In this document: one piece after another, positions 9,720 through 18,713 of the stretch
Layout: every line of letters starts with the position of its first letter
Numbering within the stretch: position 1 is the first letter of the stretch
Source of the DNA: an uncultured Pseudobdellovibrionaceae bacterium
Lineage (GTDB): Bacteria > Pseudomonadota > Alphaproteobacteria > Micavibrionales > Micavibrionaceae
Length of the DNA: 64,000 nt
Assembly: GCA_964577255.1 (NCBI GenBank)
Contig: CAZNYM010000004.1
Location: 804 to 64,803, forward strand
Direction of reading: 5' to 3'
Notes under the pieces: generated by a model
Seen by the model: the letters and a program-made list of their open reading frames with translations, nothing else
Databases searched by the model: none
What the model was told of the DNA's origin: nothing
Made by a program: the position numbers and the translations under genes

Positions 9720-9786
9720 ACCCGAAAAGATAAAGCCCGCTGGCACAGCGTGCAAGCGGGCTTTATAAGAAACTTTTCGTATCCGT

Positions 9787-10395
9787 TTAGTAAGCCATGC
9801 GCACTTCGAAGCTGCCCGCATAAGCGCCGGTCAGATAGTTGTCTGCCGTCGCTTCGGTCTGGATCGATGCGCCCAGGAGGATCGTCAGCGCGCCACCGGC
9901 GGAGGTTGCCTCGTTGCCGGTTACGGGTCCCGAAAGGTTGCCCGGGGTGGTCAGATCGTCACTGATCTCGACGATTGCCAGTGTCGGGTTCGGTGCTGCG
10001 CACAGGGCACAGGCCAGAGCCGTCGGGTTGCTGTAATCGACATAGATTTCCTGCGTCGGGAAGGCGTTGGTGATCGCCAGTGAACCGGCGGTGCCGGTGT
10101 TGTCATCAGAAACAAGGTGGGCTGCGCCCGCTGTGTCTTCGGTGATGGCGCCGGCGGTGCTCAGAACCATGGTCGCCTGGTCGACTGCGTCAGAAGTCAC
10201 ACCGATGTTGCCGAAGTCCATGTCGACAACGGCCAAGTCAACGGTGTTGTCCACACCGGCTGTTACGTCGACGACAATGGCTGTGCCCGAATCGAGGTCA
10301 TAAGTCGGCTGGGCCCAAGCCTGTCCGCTTGTATAAGCGACAGAGAGTGCCACGGCACTGACGGTCGCCAAGACTTTCAGTCTGTTGAGTTTCAT
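9787..10395 (-). CDS. Secreted pilus-subunit-like protein (DUF4402-like), major subunit candidate
   Basis: Track ORF is 9787-10410. ATG 10395 has GGAGAA 7 nt upstream, and the product begins MKLNRLKVLATVSAVALSVAYTSGQAWA (signal peptide). MDFGNIGV...LAITNAF...LTILLGASI...GAYAGSFEVRMAY ends in an aromatic residue like other subunits. First gene after the AT-rich control region. Confidence 0.6.
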   Translation of the reverse strand: MKLNRLKVLATVSAVALSVAYTSGQAWAQPTYDLDSGTAIVVDVTAGVDNTVDLAVVDMDFGNIGVTSDAVDQATMVLSTAGAITEDTAGAAHLVSDDNTGTAGSLAITNAFPTQEIYVDYSNPTALACALCAAPNPTLAIVEISDDLTTPGNLSGPVTGNEATSAGGALTILLGASIQTEATADNYLTGAYAGSFEVRMAY

Positions 10396-10517
10396 AGTCA
10401 GGTTCTCCATATTGCCCTAGGGTTCGTTATATATCAGTTTTCTGCGTTCTGTGGTATGCACGAAAACTCGAATCCTCGATAAATTTCGCACATATTATAA
10501 CTATCACACGGAACCGC

Positions 10518-10532
10518 TTAAATCATCCTTAA
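10518..10532. promoter_or_regulatory. CtrA-type box TTAA-N7-TTAA
   Basis: TTAAATCATCCTTAA read directly in the divergent intergenic region between the pilin operon and the usher-like gene. Confidence 0.35.
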
Positions 10533-10666
10533 TAACCTGTAAAATTTGATCTTTTCTGGCTCAAGCCCAAACTTTGTAATTATGAAATTGCCATGCGTTT
10601 CAAAAATTTTCATAGCGCAAATGATTTCAAGTGTTTGTCATTTCTTGTTTTCCCCGGAGCTGCATG

Positions 10667-10682
10667 GTTAACTAAACGTTAA
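10667..10682 (-). promoter_or_regulatory. CtrA-type box TTAA-N7-TTAAC (full consensus on the minus strand)
   Basis: The + strand reads GTTAACTAAACGTTAA. The reverse complement is TTAACGTTTAGTTAAC. It lies 54 nt upstream of the usher-like ATG. Confidence 0.35.
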
Positions 10683-10735
10683 GGCTCCAACGGGCCTTTT
10701 TCTCTTTGGCGCCTTGTTTCTGAAGGCTGCTTTTT

Positions 10736-13700
10736 ATGGTTAAAACGGGATTTTTGTTCGGCACGCTGGTGCTGGTGGGCGTCATGGGCGTCTTTTCCCC
10801 TGTACAGGCGCAGGAGGGCGGGCCTTTGTTCGACAACCTGGAAACGCCCGTGGTCGAAGAACAAGCCGCCCGCCGACCGATCGCCGCCGCGGCGCTCAAA
10901 AATCTGGCCCGTGATTTCGTGCGCCGCATGGACAAGGGTTTTGCCACGGCCGACGAATATATCGCACGCCTGCGCCCCGACGATATCCGCCGCCAGCGCG
11001 CCTTCACCGACATTCCCGATGGCGAAATGCTGCTGCTCGAAGTGCAGCTGGGTCAAGCGAATACAATGATCAAGATCGACCGTCCGGTCACGGCAATCAA
11101 GCAGGGCCGCGACGTTATGATTTCGCTGTCCGACTTCGTCACTGCCGCCAATTTTGCGGTGCGGGTCGATGCTTCCTCCCGCACCGCCGAAGGCTGGTAT
11201 ATCCGCGAGAATCAGCCTTTTTCCCTCGATATCGGCGCGGGCCGGATACAGGCAGGCACGCGCGTCTTTGGGCTAAAGCCTGAAGATACGCTGGTGCAGG
11301 ATAGCGACATATATATCAGGGGCCAGAGCCTGGCGCACTGGTTCGATTTCGATTTGTTCACCAACCTGGGCCAGCAGAGCATGGAAGTATCGACGCGCCA
11401 GAAGTGGCCGGTACAGGAACACAAGGAGCGCATGGAACGCGGCGACCGCACGCCCGGCAACCAGCCGCCGCCACAATTGCCGCGTCTTGACTCGCCCTAT
11501 AAGCTGGTGTCCGTACCCAATATCGATATATTCACGCGCTCGACCTACGACCGGCCCGGAAACACCCGCAAGGGTGAAAGCTTTCATGGCTATACCGTGC
11601 AGACTGGCGGCGATCTTCTGGGGCATACTGTGCAAAGCACCACCATCGGCAATAAAGTTGACAAGGTGTTGACCAGCCGCGTGACATTCAGCCGCGATTC
11701 CGAGGATGCCGAATTACTGGGGCCCCTCAAGGCGCGGCACTATGAATTCGGCGACGCCCGAACGGTGTCTGTGCCGCTGGCTGGATCGTCGCCCGCCGAA
11801 ATGGGCGTGCGCGTCACCAGCAAGGATCCGTTGCAATCCTACGATACGCTGACGACAGTTTCCGGCCAGGCGCCGCCGGGATGGGATATCGAGCTTTACC
11901 GCAATGATCAGTATCAGGACGTCGTGGTCGCCGGGGTAGACGGGCGTTATGTGTTCGAGGACGTTCTGCTCTATGCCGGCGACAACCGCTTCAAGACGGT
12001 GCTGTACGGCCCGCAGGGAGAGATCCGCGAGGAATACCAGACCATCGCTGTCAACCCGGCGCTGTATGAATCGAAAAAAGGTTTGTACGATTTCTCCGTT
12101 ACAATGCAGAACACCAATACTTACGATAAAGTGCCCGATGATGACATCGACCGGGAAACGCCGCACCTTGCCGGCACCTATGAATACCAGCTTGATCCCA
12201 GCACGACGCTGCGCGGCGGTTTCCGCAGCCGCAGTGAAGGGGATAGCGACAAGCTTTACCTGCAGGCCGGAGGGGTCAAAGTTGTTGGCAAGACAATCCT
12301 AAACGCTGACATCGCGCAGGATATCGACGGCCCTTACATGGCTTCCGTCACCGCGCGTCATCGTTTTCAGGATCATAACGTTTTGGCCACGGCGCGTTAC
12401 GCCACCGAAGATTACACGCCCGGCCGCGATGATTCCGATACAAGGCCGGGTTTTTACAGCCTGTTAGGAGCGGTGCGCGGCTCCATTCCGCTGATGGACA
12501 AGAAAAAGTCGACTTACGAAGCGAAAACGGAGTATATCGCCCGAACCGACAATTCTTCGCTGCATACTGCCGATCTTTCCACAACGCGGCGGCAGGGAAA
12601 ATTGGTGATTGGCAATACACTCAGCTACACCAAGGAAACGTCGACCGAAGGCCTGTCCACCACCAATGTTGAAGGCGCTTTCAATGTCAGGGGCGGCCTG
12701 CGGGGCGTCAACTGGCGCGCCACCAGCCTCTATGACATCTATCCGCAATACCAGACCCGCGCCTATCTGCTCGAGCTATCCAAGCGCTTCGACAAAAAGC
12801 TAAGCGGAGAGCTGGAAGTCAAATACGAAAAACTGACGAACTACAAGGAAGCGACGGCCACCCTGAACTGGTTGGGCCAGCACGCCACGGTTTCGCCGCG
12901 CGTGACGTACGATTCCGAAAACAACCTGAGTGCGTTGATGAACGTTAAATTCGGTCTTTCTTACGACCCCTATAACAGCGACCTCATCATGTCCGGCCGC
13001 TCGCTGGCGAGCAGCGGCGGTATATCTGCGCATGTCTTCCTCGATCGCAACGGCGACAATGTTTTTTCCGAGGGGGATGAGAACATCGAGGGCGCCACCG
13101 TAGTTGCCATTCATGCGCGGCGCCAGGGATTCACCGATGAAAACGGCGAGACATTTATCTACAACCTGCCGGTTGATAAAGTCACCGACGTCCGTATTCA
13201 GGATGATACGCTTTTTGATCCGGCCTGGATCTCCGGCTTTTCCGGCGTTTCCATTCGTCCACGCCCCGGGCACGTGGCGCGACTCGAGTTTCCCATTCAT
13301 AACGGTGGCGAGATGGACGGCACGCTGCTAGCCACCACGCCGCTTGGCAAACCGCGTCCGGTCAAGAACACGACACTTAATCTACATAACGGCGACGGCA
13401 AGGTGGTGATGAGCGCCATCACGGGGCCGGACGGTTTCTACCTGTTCACGAAGATTCCCCCGGGGCATTACTTCATGCTGCCTGATGTGCGCGATCTTGC
13501 CGCGCAGAAACTGCTCTCTCCCAAGCCCTTGCCGCTGACCTTCACTTTCGACGGTACCATAATGTACGGCAAGAACATCGTGTTGCAGCCGGCGGGCGTG
13601 CAAACAGTGGGCGTGACCATCGCCGAAAACCCGCCTCCTTACATGGAACAATATGACGGTCTGACGCCGGAAATGATGAAGGATGCGCGTTATGTCCTCA

Positions 13701-14023
13701 ATCTCGGTTCCTATAACTCAAACCTGCTGATGTCGGTCGTGTGGTACCGGCTTAGCACCCGCTATGCGCCGATCCTGGCCGATGCGCGGCGGCTGGCGAC
13801 GCTTGCCGGCACGATGACAGATCCGGAAAACAATATGCACACACTGCGGGTGCGCACAACCGACAGGACTTTTGATCAGGCTTACAACCGCTGCCGCGCG
13901 CTGGCCGCGCGGGGACTGTACTGCGACGTCGAAATCCTGCCGGCAGGGCTGCCGGAGCAAAAACAAGCCCTCTATCTTGGGATCAAGAAAGACGAACAGC
14001 AGCCCGCTACGGCGCAGGAATAA
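10736..14023 (+). CDS. Outer-membrane usher-like beta-barrel protein with C-terminal CarboxypepD_reg/Cna-B-like beta-sandwich repeats and a SPOR-like domain
   Basis: 1095 aa with signal peptide MVKTGFLFGTLVLVGVMGVFSPVQA. N-terminal LLLEVQLGQ... and DIELYRNDQYQDVVVAGVDGRYVFEDVLLYAGDNRFKTVLYGPQGEIRE resemble usher N-terminal and plug motifs. Roughly aa 480-760 show alternating hydrophobic beta-strand patterns. Then GGISAHVFLDRNGDNVFSEGDENIEGATV and LHNGDGKVVMSAITGPDGFYLFTKIPPGHY beta-sandwich repeats. Last ~90 aa YVLNLGSYNS...VWYRLSTRY...HTLRV...AYNRCRALAARGLYCDV look like SPOR. Confidence 0.6.
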   Translation: MVKTGFLFGTLVLVGVMGVFSPVQAQEGGPLFDNLETPVVEEQAARRPIAAAALKNLARDFVRRMDKGFATADEYIARLRPDDIRRQRAFTDIPDGEMLLLEVQLGQANTMIKIDRPVTAIKQGRDVMISLSDFVTAANFAVRVDASSRTAEGWYIRENQPFSLDIGAGRIQAGTRVFGLKPEDTLVQDSDIYIRGQSLAHWFDFDLFTNLGQQSMEVSTRQKWPVQEHKERMERGDRTPGNQPPPQLPRLDSPYKLVSVPNIDIFTRSTYDRPGNTRKGESFHGYTVQTGGDLLGHTVQSTTIGNKVDKVLTSRVTFSRDSEDAELLGPLKARHYEFGDARTVSVPLAGSSPAEMGVRVTSKDPLQSYDTLTTVSGQAPPGWDIELYRNDQYQDVVVAGVDGRYVFEDVLLYAGDNRFKTVLYGPQGEIREEYQTIAVNPALYESKKGLYDFSVTMQNTNTYDKVPDDDIDRETPHLAGTYEYQLDPSTTLRGGFRSRSEGDSDKLYLQAGGVKVVGKTILNADIAQDIDGPYMASVTARHRFQDHNVLATARYATEDYTPGRDDSDTRPGFYSLLGAVRGSIPLMDKKKSTYEAKTEYIARTDNSSLHTADLSTTRRQGKLVIGNTLSYTKETSTEGLSTTNVEGAFNVRGGLRGVNWRATSLYDIYPQYQTRAYLLELSKRFDKKLSGELEVKYEKLTNYKEATATLNWLGQHATVSPRVTYDSENNLSALMNVKFGLSYDPYNSDLIMSGRSLASSGGISAHVFLDRNGDNVFSEGDENIEGATVVAIHARRQGFTDENGETFIYNLPVDKVTDVRIQDDTLFDPAWISGFSGVSIRPRPGHVARLEFPIHNGGEMDGTLLATTPLGKPRPVKNTTLNLHNGDGKVVMSAITGPDGFYLFTKIPPGHYFMLPDVRDLAAQKLLSPKPLPLTFTFDGTIMYGKNIVLQPAGVQTVGVTIAENPPPYMEQYDGLTPEMMKDARYVLNLGSYNSNLLMSVVWYRLSTRYAPILADARRLATLAGTMTDPENNMHTLRVRTTDRTFDQAYNRCRALAARGLYCDVEILPAGLPEQKQALYLGIKKDEQQPATAQE

Positions 14024-14597
14024 GGGCTTCCAGGCGGCTTTGCGTTTCCGGCGCCACCCAGTCGCGCGCTGCGCCTGCCACCTTCTCGCGCATGTTCATA
14101 GCAGGATCGATGATGATGGTCTCCGGCAGGCGCAGCGTGTGAAACACATCCTGGACGATGTCCTTGCCGGGATCATGCAGTACGATGAAGTTGTCAAGCC
14201 CGCGCGCCGCGCGGCCGTAACGGTTCATGAAGCGCTCGATCGCCGCCTTGTCGGCGTCGACCGATACGGCCAGTACGGCAAGCCGTTTGCCCATGCGCTG
14301 CGCCAGCGCGGTCTTGGCCGGAAAATCGGCGATGCAGGGCGCGCACCAGCTGGCCCAGAAATAAAGCAGCACCACCCGACCCCTGAAATCATGGAGCGCC
14401 ACGTTCCTGCCTTCGGGGGTTTTAAAAACCACGGCGGGGGCGGGCGTACTGGCAGCGGCTGGTTCATTATGCGTCGGCGCGGAAGGGGTGGGGCCGTTCC
14501 GGCCTGCGTGATTGTCCGCGTAATAGGTCGCGAGCGTCAGGCCTGCCAGCACCGCGCCGATCAGAAGCGTGTTGAGGATTTTAGCGGACATTTTCAC
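14007..14597 (-). CDS. Membrane-anchored thioredoxin-like thiol:disulfide oxidoreductase (TlpA/ResA family)
   Basis: 196 aa. N-terminal TM helix and FWASWCAPC active site. The track start at 14597 is GTG; an ATG lies at 14591. Overlaps the 3' end of ccsBA by 17 nt. Confidence 0.85.
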   Translation of the reverse strand: MKMSAKILNTLLIGAVLAGLTLATYYADNHAGRNGPTPSAPTHNEPAAASTPAPAVVFKTPEGRNVALHDFRGRVVLLYFWASWCAPCIADFPAKTALAQRMGKRLAVLAVSVDADKAAIERFMNRYGRAARGLDNFIVLHDPGKDIVQDVFHTLRLPETIIIDPAMNMREKVAGAARDWVAPETQSRLEALIPAP

Positions 14598-17538
14598 AGC
14601 GGCGCGCCCCCAGCCACAACCCGGCGATCAGAACGGCTTCAAGCAGGCAGAACGCCGCCAGCCCGGCGGCGATGCCCTCCGTGAAACCGTAGGAATGAAG
14701 CCCAACATTGAGAAGATTGACTCCGAACCACGACAGCGCCACGACGATGTTGAGCGCGGCCAGAACGGCCAAAGCCGGCACGGGCGCGATCATGCCACTT
14801 ACGCGCCCATGTAGAAGCCACACCAGCCACAGGACGATCAGAAGCGCGCCGTTTTCCTTCGGGTCCCAGCCCCAGAAGCGCCCCCACGACTGATCGGCCC
14901 AGATGCCGCCTAGGATGGTACCGGTGGCCGCGAAGAAAAGCGCCCACAGGGCGGCGGGCATTGTTCCGGCAAGCGACGGCGTCCGGCCGCGGCAGGCGCG
15001 CGCCAGATGAAGGTGCGCAAGGCACGCCGCCAACACGGCAAAGGCATAACCTGCCGTGATGAAAAGCACATGTGTGCTCAGCCAGAATCCGGTGTTCAGA
15101 ACCGCCGTCAGCATGACCATCGTGTCGCCCTGCACCTGCGCGAAATAGGCGGACAGAAGCAAAAGCGCCGCACCCGTGAACCCGCTTATAGCCAGCAGCG
15201 CGGGATTTTTGCGTGCCCAGCCCATGCCGAACGCCGCGCCCGCGCACAGAAAAGAGACAAACAGGATCGATTCGTAAAGCGTGCCCACAGGCGGCCGCGC
15301 CAGGATGACAATGCGCATCAGCAGCAGCGCGCTGTGCACGGCCAGGGCGGCGACGCCCGCCGCGATCATCGCCGCAAGCGCGGCGCGGCGCCGGCGTTGG
15401 GGCACAAAAGCGTATCCCGCCGCCGCAACCAGCAGGACTATATATAGTGTGAAAGCGGCTTCCGCCGGATGCCGGCGGTGATACAAATCTTCAAGCGCCA
15501 GGCGCCACGCCGCGCTTGCACCCAGCGATTCCCCAGCCCTGATCGCCGCCACATGCCGGTCCCAGCCCTGCGCGTCGCTGTTTGCCCAGGCGGCGGCCAG
15601 CCCGGCCCATTCCTGCAGCAGCGCGGCGCTGCCCGGCCCGCCGCGCCCCTGCAGCAGGGCATCCCACGGCGCCAGCCATTCCTCGCCCTGTGCACCTTCG
15701 TGCCATTGCGGCGGCAGGATGCGCAAAAGCGTGTTGTCCGCGCCGCCCGCGCGCAGCATCTGCATCTGCCAGCCGAGCGCCGCCAGTTTTTTCTCCGCAG
15801 CGCTGTAGCGTTCTATATTTTCGCCTTTGCGGCGGATCAGGTTCTGCAGCCGGCGATCGATTTCTTCGCGGTGTTTTTCCAGCGCCAGATAGCTCGGAGC
15901 CGCGCCGCCGCCGTCCCACGGCGCGGGAACATCCACCGCCAGTGGCAAGATCAGTGAGAAGCTGCGCAGAAGCTGCAGGTAAAGCGCCACGTTGTCGCGC
16001 AGCAGGATCAGGTCGCGCTCGGTCTGGTTAAGCGCGGCTGCGGGCTTACCGGCAAGCGTTTCCAGGAGCACGTTTTTCTGCGCGAGCGCCGAGCTTGTTT
16101 CACCCAGCGTGTAAAGCCTGTCCTTGCGTTCGGGCAGGGCCAGAAGTGCACGCAGCGCGGGCGAGGGCACGCGCAGCACCCGGTTCTCGGCCGCGACCGC
16201 CGGATCGAACAGGCTTTGCGCCAGCCAGGCGACGGCCGGCTGCCCCTCGAAGCGTTCGCTGCCCGAAAGCTGGCGCAGGGTGGCGGCGGCGAAAGCGCCC
16301 AGCGGCTTCAGGCGACCCTGATCCTGAATCGCGAGGCGGGAGAATTCCGTCATCGGCAACGATTCCGCGCGCGCGGCGGCTGGCGTCAGCATCGCACCCG
16401 CCAGAAGAAGCGCAAGAGCGGCCGCGCGCACACGCACGCGCATAAGAATATGCAGCAGGAGCCCGGCGGCGATCAGGGCACTCGCGGCGTAAGGGAATAG
16501 CCGGCCGCTGTTGCGCACCACGCTCAGCACCGTTGCTTCGCCGGCTTCGGTGGCGATGTAAGAGGATTGATAGAAAGTATACCCGCGATAGCGCAGCGGT
16601 TCGTTCATGCCGATCTCGACCGGCCAGGAGGCGTCGCCGTCGGTGATGACGAGCGCGGCGCGGTAAGCGCGCGCCGTCTGCGTGCCCGGGTGCAGGTCGC
16701 GGGTAATGTCGGTGAGCGCGAGGCTGAAGGGCAGGCGCGTCTCCGCCCGGGCGAAGGAGAGGGTGTAGGTGTCACCGCTGTGCACGATCTCCGGCCGGTG
16801 CGGCATCAGTTCGGTGAGTAGGTAGCCGCCGTCCTGCTCCGCGCCGGCGCCGCGCGCCAGCAGGGTCAGTCCGGCGTGATTGTTTTCATCCTGCTTGTCG
16901 GCGGGGCGCGGCGCCAGCCTTACCTTGGCGGCGGGCCCGTGCCAGGGCAATCCTTCGGGCGCGCTGTCGCGATCCTGCGGCAGCGGCTCGTTGTTGAGGG
17001 CGTAGTGCAGGATTGTCAGGGAGAAAGGCAGAGTTCCCGCGCCTATCGTCATCCCGTCGCGCAGGGCGGTATGCGGCAGGGTCAGGATCGTTTCGCCGTT
17101 GCGCGCTACGGTCAAAACGCGGCTGTGATAATCCTCGACCGCGCTGCGGCTTTCTCCCTCGGGGATGAGCATATAGCCCTCTTTTTGCGTCAGTGCCGTG
17201 AGCAATCCGCCGCACAGCAGCACCAGAACCCCGGCATGGACGACGATGGTGCCTGCGCGCGCGCGCGACCACGCGCTTTTGAATATAAGCTTGGTGAAAA
17301 GCGCCAGGGCGATCAGCGCCGTCACCGGATACAGCCCCGGCAGGGGCAGGGGACCAAGCCATATCACCCACGAGGAAAAGAACAGCCGCGTGGCGGCATA
17401 CAGTCCCATCTCCTTCTGCGCCACCGTGCCGGCGGCCAGCAGCAGCATCAGGTAGGGAAGCGCGAAGAAAACGATTTTCGGATCGGCAAGGCGGTCAATC
17501 AGGCGCGACCAAAAGGGGGCAGGGGCATCGGAGTTCAT
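14581..17538 (-). CDS. ccsBA: Fused system II cytochrome c synthase (ResB/CcsB-like N-terminus plus CcsA/ResC-like C-terminus)
   Basis: 985 aa. N-terminal ResB-like part ends MNEPLRYRGYTFYQSSY. The C-terminal polytopic part carries the tryptophan-rich WGRFWGWDPKENGALLIVLW (WWD) haem-handling motif. A Leu/Ala-rich segment of ~320 aa lies between them. Confidence 0.85.
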   Translation of the reverse strand: MNSDAPAPFWSRLIDRLADPKIVFFALPYLMLLLAAGTVAQKEMGLYAATRLFFSSWVIWLGPLPLPGLYPVTALIALALFTKLIFKSAWSRARAGTIVVHAGVLVLLCGGLLTALTQKEGYMLIPEGESRSAVEDYHSRVLTVARNGETILTLPHTALRDGMTIGAGTLPFSLTILHYALNNEPLPQDRDSAPEGLPWHGPAAKVRLAPRPADKQDENNHAGLTLLARGAGAEQDGGYLLTELMPHRPEIVHSGDTYTLSFARAETRLPFSLALTDITRDLHPGTQTARAYRAALVITDGDASWPVEIGMNEPLRYRGYTFYQSSYIATEAGEATVLSVVRNSGRLFPYAASALIAAGLLLHILMRVRVRAAALALLLAGAMLTPAAARAESLPMTEFSRLAIQDQGRLKPLGAFAAATLRQLSGSERFEGQPAVAWLAQSLFDPAVAAENRVLRVPSPALRALLALPERKDRLYTLGETSSALAQKNVLLETLAGKPAAALNQTERDLILLRDNVALYLQLLRSFSLILPLAVDVPAPWDGGGAAPSYLALEKHREEIDRRLQNLIRRKGENIERYSAAEKKLAALGWQMQMLRAGGADNTLLRILPPQWHEGAQGEEWLAPWDALLQGRGGPGSAALLQEWAGLAAAWANSDAQGWDRHVAAIRAGESLGASAAWRLALEDLYHRRHPAEAAFTLYIVLLVAAAGYAFVPQRRRRAALAAMIAAGVAALAVHSALLLMRIVILARPPVGTLYESILFVSFLCAGAAFGMGWARKNPALLAISGFTGAALLLLSAYFAQVQGDTMVMLTAVLNTGFWLSTHVLFITAGYAFAVLAACLAHLHLARACRGRTPSLAGTMPAALWALFFAATGTILGGIWADQSWGRFWGWDPKENGALLIVLWLVWLLHGRVSGMIAPVPALAVLAALNIVVALSWFGVNLLNVGLHSYGFTEGIAAGLAAFCLLEAVLIAGLWLGARRCENVR

Positions 17539-17576
17539 GACGGGCCTTCAGGAGCCTTGCAGCATCTCCTCTGACA

Positions 17577-17651
17577 TGGTGGCGGTGGAGGGATTTGAAC
17601 CCCCGACCAAAGGATTATGATTCCTCTGCTCTACCACTGAGCTACACCGCC
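17577..17651 (-). tRNA. tRNA with CAU anticodon (elongator Met, or Ile2 if lysidinylated), CCA encoded
   Basis: The reverse complement GGCGGTGTAGCTCAGTGGTAGAGCAGAGGAATCATAATCCTTTGGTCGGGGGTTCAAATCCCTCCACCGCCACCA folds by hand into a cloverleaf. Acceptor GGCGGTG/CACCGCC, D stem GCTC/GAGC, anticodon stem GAGGA/TCCTT with loop ATCATAA, T loop TTCAAAT. It lacks the three G:C pairs in the anticodon stem and the 1:72 mismatch of initiators. Confidence 0.9.
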
Positions 17652-17782
17652 TGGCTTCTTGCGAAACGTGCAGAGTTATGGCCCCTGCGCCCGGCTTTGT
17701 CAAGCGTTGCGGCGGGGATGGCTGGACGGTGATTTTTAAAATTTCTTTTTATTATCAGGGGGTTCAATCGCTTACCCTGCGC

Positions 17783-18580
17783 CTAGGGTTTGGCGGTTGC
17801 CGCACCCTTCAACCTCTGCTGCAGGAACGAGAGCGTGCGGGTCCAGGAGAGCTGGTCGGCCTCGGCGTTATAGGCCACGCCGGTGGTCGGGTCGTGGCCG
17901 GCGTCCTTCTGGGTGAAGGCGTGGACCGCGCCGGGGTAAGCGAAGAAATCGAGCGCTGTCACGCCGGCGTCGTGCATTTCGTGCTCGAACAGCGTCACCT
18001 CGCGCGGCGGCACCAGGGGATCGTCGGCGCCGTGATGCACCATCACCGCGGCGGTGACCGCGCCGGGCTTGGCCGGGGCCAAGGTGGAAAGACCGCCATG
18101 GAAACTGATCGCGCCTTCCAGGGGCGCGCCCATGCGCGCGGCTTCAAGCGCCATGGTGCCGCCGAAGCAATAGCCCATGATGGCGATGCGCGGGCCCACG
18201 CTGCTCATGCCGCGTATCAGGTCGATCGCGGCGCCCAGGCGGCGGCGGGCGAGGGCGGGATCGTCCTTGTACTTGGTCGCTTCCGCGCCGGCTTCCTCGT
18301 TGGTCGCGGGGCGGATGCCTTTGCCATACATGTCGATGGCAAACGCGTTATAGCCTTCGGCCGCCAGCATGTCGGCGCGCATTTTCTCGTAATCGGTCAG
18401 GCCCTTCCACTGATGCACGATCAGCACCACGGGCGCGGGGGCGGGCGCATCGGTGCGGGCGAAGTAACCCTCGAGCACCGTGTCGCCGTCTTTGTATGTG
18501 AGAACCTCGCCGGCGTTAGCGGGTGCCGCCGCGCACAGGACAAGCAGACCGCCCAGAACCAGTTTCAACGCTTGCTTCAT
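17783..18580 (-). CDS. Secreted dienelactone hydrolase family protein
   Basis: 265 aa with a signal peptide. VLIVHQWKG, GYCFGG nucleophile elbow and HGADDP motifs typical of the DLH fold. Confidence 0.8.
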   Translation of the reverse strand: MKQALKLVLGGLLVLCAAAPANAGEVLTYKDGDTVLEGYFARTDAPAPAPVVLIVHQWKGLTDYEKMRADMLAAEGYNAFAIDMYGKGIRPATNEEAGAEATKYKDDPALARRRLGAAIDLIRGMSSVGPRIAIMGYCFGGTMALEAARMGAPLEGAISFHGGLSTLAPAKPGAVTAAVMVHHGADDPLVPPREVTLFEHEMHDAGVTALDFFAYPGAVHAFTQKDAGHDPTTGVAYNAEADQLSWTRTLSFLQQRLKGAATAKP

Positions 18581-18639
18581 GACCGTTCTCCTCTACCCGG
18601 AAAGATTGTTGCTTTTTGCGCCCGCAGAACCCGCGCTTG

Positions 18640-18667
18640 TTGACATAAGCCCAACAGCGCCATAATC
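18640..18667 (+). promoter_or_regulatory. Putative sigma-70-type promoter of the CdnL-like chimera gene
   Basis: TTGACA (18640-18645), 16-nt spacer, ATAATC (18662-18667). AGGGAG SD lies before ATG 18714. Motif match only. Confidence 0.3.
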
Positions 18668-18713
18668 GTAATCTGGCTTTTTATATATAAAACAACTCTA
18701 CAGGGAGCAAGCC

